Shown piece after piece: positions 55,795 through 64,000 of a DNA stretch of 64,000 nucleotides (position 1 is the stretch's first letter; the number at the start of each line of letters is the position of its first letter). The notes under the pieces are model-generated. The model did not search any database and was not told the DNA's origin. It saw only the letters and a program-made list of their open reading frames with translations. A program made the translations under genes and the position numbers. The stretch covers positions 496,001-560,000 of the forward strand of contig NIVC01000445.1 of the NCBI GenBank assembly GCA_002269645.1, written 5' to 3'. Source of the stretch: Macrostomum lignano (Eukaryota).

Positions 55795-56056
55795 CCCTGT
55801 CTCCTCTCTCCCTCTCTGTCTGTCTGTCTCTCTCTCCCTCTGTCTCTAATGTCCCTCTTTCCTTTCTCGAATTGATTTCTCTGTAATTATAAAATTAGCA
55901 CTATGTGTAAATATCTTTGAGTATTCTAGCAGTTTTTATAAGCCAACTTAACTCATTCGCCCGCAGAGCTCCCAGTCCTGGTTAAGAAGCAGAAATTTCG
56001 CGCGCCGTTGTCTGCAGCAGCATCTCTCCGAGCAGCCAGTGGGTGGAACAAATTGA
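53172..56056 (+). CDS. CCND: Cyclin D; join(53172..53447,53555..53773,54310..54481,54676..54815,55967..56056), about 298 aa
   Basis: Cyclin box [19 protein letters not shown]|[31 protein letters not shown]|[14 protein letters not shown], and C-terminal box [19 protein letters not shown]. Intron positions and phases match those I recall for vertebrate CCND genes. The start (53172 or 53262) and the last exon are less certain. Confidence 0.88.
53815..54217. repeat. Intronic minisatellite, 34-bp unit (cccactgaaggacccgttggataggggtttgcag), about 12 copies
   Basis: Read directly. Confidence 0.96.
54920..55790. repeat. (TATC)n/(TGTC)n microsatellite with ~300-350-bp higher-order duplication
   Basis: Marker interruptions tctaggcc (55275, 55621) and tgtttaatc (55097, 55403, 55694) recur. 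Confidence 0.95.
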
Positions 56057-56282
56057 AAATCACTCAGGCTTTACTGCACGGCTAAGATTTGTTTGCCTCT
56101 TCTTTCAGCTGAATTTGTTGCTTCTTCTGTTTGCTTTTCCATCATTGTCCAGCAATTTACCTTATTGCTGACAAGCCGTTGGATTTAAGAGTTACCTATT
56201 GATCTTTCCACTGGAATTTGTTTCATTTTGTATATTTTGACCTGAAGTTCCCGAGTTTAAAGAAATACTAATCTGATGTTAT

Positions 56283-56765
56283 CGGTTCTAAGAAATTCCA
56301 AAATAGGATTTGTGGAGTCTAAGAAATCCCAAAATAGGATTTATAGATCCTTAAGAATCCCAAGCTAGAATTTATGGATTCTGAGTGATCCCAAACCAGG
56401 ATTTATGGATTCTAAGAAGTCCCAATCTAGGATTTATGGATTCTGAGAAATCCCAAACTATGATTTATGGATTCTAAGAAATCCCAAACTAGGATTTATG
56501 GATTCTGAGAAATCCCAAGCTAGGATTTATGGATTCTAAGAAATCCAAAACTGGGATTTATGGATTCTGAGAAATCCCAAGCTAGGATTTATGGATTCTA
56601 AGAAATCCCAAACTGGGATTTATGAATTCTAATAAATCCCAAACTAGTATTTATGGATTCTAAGAAATCCCAAACTGGGACTTATAGATTCAAGGAAATC
56701 CGTTTCTTTAACCGGTTCTAAAATCACACTAGAATTTATGGATTCTAAGAAATCCCAAGCAAGGA
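56283..56765. repeat. Minisatellite, 31-bp unit (ggattctaagaaatcccaaactaggatttat), about 14 copies
   Basis: Read directly. Confidence 0.94.
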
Positions 56766-57524
56766 TGAATCCCAATCTCATTGCGTCTCTGAAAGAGACC
56801 TATTGTCCTATCGGAGCTGTTCGTTTTTTATTTCTATTATTCTTTGTTTTTCCTTTAAATCTTAAAACAATTTGCTTGAAACGCCTAATAAAAAGAGTCC
56901 ATTCTGCTTTGTCAATTTGTGTGCTCTATTAATATCTATGCTAGTTTATTTAGCCCTTTTGCAATCGCTTCTCATGGCAAATCCCGTATTTGTTAGCTCA
57001 ACAACTAACAAACTCGCTGCATGATTTTATTAGAATTTCAAACCGTTCAATCTTACTACTTAATTTCACTTTTAAGCAGTAGAGCATCCCGGTTATTGCT
57101 GTTATTTATATGCGTTTTAAATTAAAAATTCTGAATTTTCTTAATTCTTTCTGAAAAAGAAAGCTTGCTTGCTGATTTTTTATCCTTATTCAAAGGAAGT
57201 AAGTTTCTAAGTTCATGGTTCATGGTCACGTATGTTCCCAACATATCAGCAATTTAAAATGGTTGAATCTGTGCGTTTTTATTATTTATTGTTATAACCT
57301 CTGCACCCCGTGTGCCCGATGCTCGTCTGTTTGCCTGGCCTGCGCGTGGTTTTATATATGTAAGAAAAATCGCTTTATTAGTAAGTGCATGTAAAGCGAT
57401 GTACTTTTAAGTACCGTTGGCTTTCACCTTTGAAAATTAAAAAGTTACACGTGTTTTAAATTGATTTTTGTTATTTTTGTTTCTTTTGTTTTGTTAGATG
57501 CTCATAAGTTGGATTGAGTCACAC

Positions 57525-58223
57525 TGGCCTAGCTGAGAGCCACACTGGCCAATCACAGCTCTGCTGAGAGCCACACTGGCCAATCACAGCTCTGCTGAGA
57601 GCCACACTGGCCAATCACAGCTCTGCTGAGACCCACACTGGCCAATCACAGCTCTGCTGAGAGCCACACTGGCCAATCACAGCTCTGCTGAGAGCCACAC
57701 TGGCCAATCACAGCTCTGCTGGGAGACACGCTGACCAATCACAGATCTGCTAGGAGCCACACTGGCCAATCACAGATCTGCTGGGAGCCACACTGATCAA
57801 TCACAGATCTGCTAGCTGGTAAACACTGGCCTAGCTAGCTGAGAGCCACACTGGCCAATCACAGCTCTGCTGAGAGCCACACTGGCCAATCACAGCTCTG
57901 CTGAGAGCCACACTGGCCAATCACAGCTCTGCTGGGAGACACGCTGACCAATCACAGATCTGCTAGGAGCCACACTGGCCAATCACAGATCTGCTGGGAG
58001 CCACACTGATCAATCACAGATCTGCTAGCTGGTAAACACTGGCCTAGCTAGCTGAGAGCCACACTGGCCAATCACAGCTCTACTGAGAGCCACACTGGCC
58101 AATCACAGCTCTGCTGAGAGCCACACTGGCCAATTACAGATCAGCTAGCTGGTAAACACTGGCCTAGCTGAGAGCCACACTGGCCAATCACAGATCTGCT
58201 GAGAGTCGCACTGGCCAATCACA
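57525..58223. repeat. Minisatellite, 31-bp unit (gagccacactggccaatcacagctctgctga), about 21 copies
   Basis: Read directly; about 18 units retain CCAAT. Confidence 0.96.
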
Positions 58224-59662
58224 TGGTGTACAGTACGCGTAGCAGAGCTGTTTGCGTCGTGTAGTGTAGAAAAATCAATACTTTAATACTTATGTACGTA
58301 AATCTTTATGAATTGTGCATTTTGAACTTCAGTTCAACTGCCCGTTGAATCGGGATACAATTTATTACATTTAAATCAGGACATTACATTTACATTTATT
58401 AAATTTTACATTTATTCAATTACAATTAATGATCAGGAAAGAATTGCACACAGTTAAAAACTTTTACTATATTAGACCGCGGGAAAAATACATTTAATTA
58501 AAATTAATTACTACATGCACTTTAGTAACGAATTAGGATTGATTAAAATTATGAAATGATAAAAATTTAGTTAAAAATAAGCTGGAATGGATCTACTGAG
58601 CTTAATGAGATTTTGAAAGTACATAATTACGAGTCATATTTCAATCTCTGAAAAAAGGTACAAACCACTAAAAAAAGGCTACAGGTTACCTACAGTAATT
58701 TTAAGTGCACTTTAGATAAATTTCTTGTTGGTATAAAAATTTCCATGAAGTAAATGAATAGGCAATATAGTACTAAAACAGTAGGTAAACGAGCATATGC
58801 ACATCTATATAGTGTGGAGCTCAAACTCGCAAAATTTATAGCTGTAGATTCAATCGAAAAAATGCACTGCATTTAATGAAAAACAAATCAATAATTTTAT
58901 ATCTACATGTGCACTCCAAAGACTGCATACTTGATAACATAATATGTTTGAAATCCTTTTTCAACCGAGACTTGTACAGGTGGGATCAGGGCCGTACGTA
59001 TTGGAATGCCAACTAACGATCATATAATCATAGATTCTCCGTAGCATATAATTGCGCACTTACAAGCCTATAAGTACATGTGGCGTTACATAATCAATGA
59101 GAACGGGGCCACGTATTTCTCAATCTCAGTACGTACAGAGAGCATAAACTCAATCTATAATCAGGAATTATTACTTTTTGCAATAGTTGCTCGATAATAA
59201 AAAATGACTAGAATTTGTTTTTCTCACAGGCTTATAACAAACCTAACCGATTAACATTGTTGTAGCCTGGGATTGTTGGTTGAATGATAAACCTGTCTGC
59301 CGTGATGCCCACTGGAATTGAACAACAAGAAATCGGGTTTTGCAGATCGTTACATATAAAAGCAATGGCTAACACTTTTATTTCAATATATACATTAAAG
59401 TACATCCCACACTCCATTACTAAAGTGCTCGTACTACATTTCATCCTTCATTATTATAATAAATTACAAAAAATTCTACCTTCCATTATTATAGTACATT
59501 TACACCTTCCACTATTATTAAAGTATACATCACGCCCTTATTAAAGTACAAACACTCTCTATGCCTTGGGGGCTGGCCCTTCCTATATTATTGCAACAGA
59601 GTAGCAAATTGAATTAAAAGTGCAAAGCGTAATTTCACCCGCAGAATTCGCAGCAGCACCCC

Positions 59663-62600
59663 CTAGCCGTGACTTTTGTACAGGCTGACAAAATTTCTCG
59701 CCACGTAGCCCTCCTCGGCCGTCTCGCCGTTGGCGGCATCGGCGTCGCCGTCTCGCCGGCACCACCACCAGGCGGTCTCGGCGCCGTCTCCTTTGCGCAC
59801 GACGGTCAGCTGATCGCCGCGAGCCAGCGCCAGCTCGTCCGCCTGCTCGGGCGAGTAGTCGAACGCGGCGAACACTCGGCCGGAATTGTCGACGCCAAGG
59901 CGGTCCTCCTCGGCGCGGAGCCACGCTTCGACTGGGCCGCCATTGTGGCACAGGTCGAACGGAGTCTCCGAGTCGGAGTGGGTGGTGCAGTAGAGCACCG
60001 CGCCGGAGCCCACTAGGAGCTTGGTGAGCGGCAGCGAGTCGCAGGTGACGGCGCAGTGCAACGGCGTCCAGCCGTCCTGATCTGCCGCGTTGACGTCGGT
60101 GCCGCTGTCGATGAGGTACTGGACAATACGGGCGTGCCCGGCGCAGACGGCGTTGTGCAGGGCGCTGATGCCTTCGCTGTTGGCCGCCGAGGGGTCGCCG
60201 AGCTGGCCGGTGTAGCGCTGGACCTGGGCCAGGTCGCCTGTGATGGGCGGGTGAGCGGGGAGTCAAGTCTTTGGGCTGGGATGGGTATTCTGGATTTGGG
60301 ATGGGGATTGATGGATTTGGGATGGGATGGGGATCGATAGATTTGGGATGGGGATTTCTGGTTTTGGGATGGGAATTCTGGATTTGGGATGGGGATTTCT
60401 GGTTTTGGGATGGAAATTCTGGATTTGGGATGGGGATTTCTGGAATCAGAATGGGGATTCTGGATTTGTGATGGGGATTTCTGGTTTTGGGATGGAAATT
60501 CTGGATTTGGGATGGGGATTTCTGGAATCAGAATGGGGATTCTGGATTTGTGATGGGGATTTCTGGAATTAGGATGGGGATTTCTGGTTTTTGGATGGGA
60601 ATTCTGGATTTGGGATGGGGATTTCTGGTTTTGGGATGGAAATTCTGGATTTGGGATGGGGATCGATGGATTTGGGATGGGGATCGATGGATTTGGGATG
60701 GGGATTTCTGGATTTGGGATGGATATTGGGGATTCATTCTAAATCTGGACTTTCTAAGCTCTAGCCCAGATTTTTTAATCCATCAAATCAAATGACAGCA
60801 TTAAGATTGCGCTTGTAGGTCAGACTCATACATTTATCCACTTTTAAATCCAGGCAATATCCAGGAAACCAGCCAACTGCAATCAATCAGCACGAAAAGC
60901 CGTGGCTGGCACCATTTTCGATTCTCCCCAACTACCGGTTGCACAGCAGGGGTTGCACACTGCGACAAATCCCAAGGGAGATCCATTTTGGGCTTGTAGA
61001 TATTTACTGGCTGGCCGGCTGGCCTTCAAATCCCAAACTTCAATATGGGATAAGGGGAAATGGCGACATTCGATAAATATTCCAACCTCTCCCATAACTT
61101 TGTATTCCCCATCATAATTTCCCAGCTGCCGGTCCCGATCCCCGTTACACATTTTATAAACATTTCTGGACAAAACTTTGGCATCGGGAGAGAGAGCGGG
61201 GAAAGTGCAAATGTCACGGCCGGTGCACTTTAAGCTGCGGGATCTCTAAGCAACAGGAACCATGCCAACAAGTCTCCAGCCTACCCAACAAGTCTCCAAC
61301 CTACCCAACAAATCCCCAACCTACCCAACGAATCTCCAACCTACCCAACGAATCCCCAACCTACCCAACGAATCCCCAACCTACCCAACGAATCCCCAGC
61401 CTACCCAACGAATCCCCAGCCTACTCAACGAATCCCTAACCTACCCAACAAATCCCTAACCTACCCAACGAATCCCTAACCTACACAACGAATCCCCAAC
61501 CTACCCAACGAATCTCCAGCCTACCGAACGAATCCCCAACCTACCCAACGAATCCACCCAACCTACCCAACGAATCCACCCAACCTACCCAACGAATCCA
61601 CCCAACCTACCCAACGAATCCACCCAACCTACCCAACGAATCCACCCAACCTACCCAACGAATCCACCCAACCTACCCAACGAATCCACCCAACCTACCC
61701 AACGAATCCACCCAACCTACCCAACGAATCCACCCAACCCACTCAGCATTATTCGCCGTCCCTCACCTTGAATGGCGGCATCCAGCAGGAGGGTCAGCGG
61801 GTCGAAGGTGACCGAGCGCTGCTGCCCGGACCCGTCCACCTGATCCCCGTCGCCATCGGAGCCGGATTTTCCTGCATTGTTCCCGGCGTCGTTATTGCTG
61901 CTTTTATTTTTCTTCTTCTTCTTGCCGTTGCTAAGAATCCCAGACACAACCGTGGGCGGCGGAGCTCCGCTAGATTTCCCCTTAGCAACCGGCGCCGCCT
62001 CATCGTAGTCGGAGAGGCTGAGATCGTCCTCGTCGTCCAGCTTGGCGATCGGCGCCATCCAGCCGCCAGTCGGGGCGCCGGGCGGATCGTCTGGACGACG
62101 GCGACGTTCGCCGGGCGGCGGCGGCGGCTCCTCGGTCAGGCAGGCCGGGTCCTCCTCCCCGGATGAGTCGGTCTCGGATCCCGGCGGCTGCTCCGGTGCT
62201 TTGGACTCTGAATGCGACTTTTCAGCAGCCGCAGCCGCTGCCGCCTCGGCCTCAGCCTTGGCTTCGGCAGCTTCGACCTCGTCGGCGGGATCTTGGACGA
62301 CTAGGGAGTCGCGCTGATTTGGCGCCGCTGTCGCCTCGCGTCGGATCATTTCGTCAAGACGGTCGCGCGACAGGAGAAGCTCGGTGGAAGACGCCGATGA
62401 GGCGGAAGTGACGGCGGCAGAGGCAGCGGCAGAGGCAGCGGCAGCGGCGACAGGCACAGGCGGAACGTGACGGCGATGCGACGGCGGCGGCGAGGGAGGA
62501 GCCTGCGGCAGCGGTCGACGACGCTGCAACGACGGCGCCGGCGGCGGTTGCTGCTGCTGTTGAGCAGCTGGTTGTGGCGCCGGTGGCAGCGGCGGCAGTG

Positions 62601-62740
62601 GTCGAGAGTTCTGACGCTGGTGCGGCTGCTGCTGCTGAGGAGGCTGAGACGCTGAGTTAGCGGAGGTAATGGCGGCCGCTTGTCTAAAATTAGCAGAAGA
62701 GGGGAGAAATGCGGGGAGAAATGCCGCTTGAAATGGCATC
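59663..62740 (-). CDS. ASPP: ASPP-family protein (TP53BP2/PPP1R13B-like), 3' part; complement(join(59663..60237,61767..62740))
   Basis: A Pro-rich/acidic region, then RSVTFDPLTLLLDAAIQG (RVxF PP1 motif plus first ankyrin), ANSEGISALHNAVCAGH, DVNAADQDGWTPLHCA, and SH3 AAFDY..DELAL..WWWC..EGYVARNFVSLY. Intron 61766(gt)-60238(ag) is phase 1. Upstream exons probably lie beyond the window. Confidence 0.92.
60275..60728. repeat. Intronic G-rich minisatellite, 20/21-bp units (ggatttgggatggggatttct etc.)
   Basis: Read directly. Confidence 0.94.
61265..61742. repeat. Intronic minisatellite, 20/22-bp units (cctacccaacgaatcc(a)cccaa)
   Basis: Read directly; the unit switches from 20 to 22 bp near 61550. 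Confidence 0.95.
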
Positions 62741-62785
62741 CTAGGTGAGACAGTGGAAGACACCAAGACAGAAACTTTACAGACT

Positions 62786-64000
62786 AGAAGCGTCACAAAC
62801 CAGAACCGACACAAATCAGAAGCCTCACAAACTAGAAGCGTCACAGACCAGAAGCGTCACCAACCAGAAGCGTCACCAACCAGAAGCGTCACAGACCAGA
62901 AGCGTCATCAACCAGAAGCGTCACCAATCAGAAGCGTCACCAACAAGAAGCGTCATCAACCAAAAGCGTCACAGACCAGAAGCGTCACCAACCAGAAGCG
63001 TCACCAACCAGAAGCGTCACCAACAAGAAGCGTCATCAACCAAAAGCGTCACAGACCAGAAGCGTCACCAACCAGAAGCGTCACAGACCAGAAGCGTCAC
63101 AGACCAGAAGCGTCACCAACCAGAAGCGTCACCAACCAGAAGCGTCACAGACCAGAAGCGTCACAGACCAGAAGCGTCACCAACAAGGAGCGTCACAGAC
63201 CAGAAGCGTCACAGACCAGAAGCGTCACCAACCAGAAGCGTCACAGACCAGAAGCGTCACAGACCAGAAGCGTCACAGACCAGAAGCGTCACAGACCAGA
63301 AGCGTCACAGACCAGGAGCGTCATCAACCAGAAGCGTCACAGACCAGAAGCGTCACCAACCAGAAGCGTCACCAACCAGAAGCGTCACAGACCAGAAGCG
63401 TCACAGACCAGAAGCGTCACAGACCAGAAGCGTCACCAACAATGAGCGTCACCAACCAGAAGCGTCACAGACCAGAAGCGTCACAGACCAGAAGCGTCAC
63501 AGACCAGAAGCGTCACAGACCAGAAGCGTCACCAACAAGGAGCGTCACAGACCAGAAGCGTCACAGACCAGAAGCGTCACAGACCAGAAGCGTCACCAAC
63601 CAGAAGCGTCACAGACCAGAAGCGTCACAGACCAGAAGCGTCACAGACCAGAAGCGTCACAGACCAGAAGCGTCACCAACAAGGAGCGTCACAGACCAGA
63701 AGCGTCACAGACCAGAAGCGTCACAGACCAGAAGCGTCACCAACCAGAAGCGTCACAGACCAGAAGCGTCACAGACCAGAAGCGTCACAGACCAGAAGCG
63801 TCACAGACCAGAAGCGTCACAGACCAGAAGCGTCACAGACCAGAAGCGTCACAGACCAGAAGCGTCACAGACCAGAAGCGTCACCAACCAGAAGCGTCAC
63901 AGACCAGAAGCGTCACAGACCAGAAGCGTCACCAACAAGGAGCGTCACAGACCAGAAGCGTCACAGACCAGAAGCGTCACAGACCAGAAGCGTCACCAAC
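62786..64000. repeat. Minisatellite, 16-bp unit (agaagcgtcacagacc / agaagcgtcaccaacc), runs off the window
   Basis: Read directly. Confidence 0.97.

Noticed and set aside
62786-64000. CRE half-site (CGTCA) enhancer array
   Set aside because: A 5-bp motif in a 16-bp unit is readily expected by chance.

Overview
This is eukaryotic (metazoan) genomic DNA. The GC-rich, poly-Gln/poly-Ala exons and dense minisatellites suggest a flatworm such as Macrostomum lignano, but that is an inference only. Three spliced host genes were reconstructed by hand from GT-AG boundaries and homology remembered from the families. (1) An AGAP/centaurin-gamma gene on + (9 exons, 13937-44746, about 914 aa; GTPase-like, split PH, ArfGAP and ankyrin domains), with a probable alternative first exon at 38732-39631. 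(2) A cyclin D gene on + (5 exons, 53172-56056). (3) The 3' part of an ASPP-family gene on - (proline-rich, RVxF, ankyrin, SH3; 59663-62740). Mobile elements: a full-length Bel/Pao LTR retrotransposon with apparently identical 256-bp LTRs and a 5-bp TSD (46027-52422), a frameshifted piggyBac, an internally deleted mariner with 198-bp TIRs, a non-autonomous MULE/foldback with a 9-bp TSD, hAT MITEs, a CORE-type SINE, a solo LTR, and a decayed LTR element. About 20 distinct mini/microsatellite arrays fill the introns and intergenic DNA, and most ORFs in the supplied track are artefacts of these. The most unusual observations are: a repeat-spacer array of four LTR-end/tRNA-Leu PBS junctions at about 51-bp spacing (15071-15294); an adjacent 2.5-kb CpG desert; four unrelated arrays that all have a 31-bp unit, one carrying about 18 CCAAT boxes; and two AGAP acceptors whose phases match the two alternative upstream exons. 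No CRISPR array, rRNA gene or intact tRNA gene is supported.
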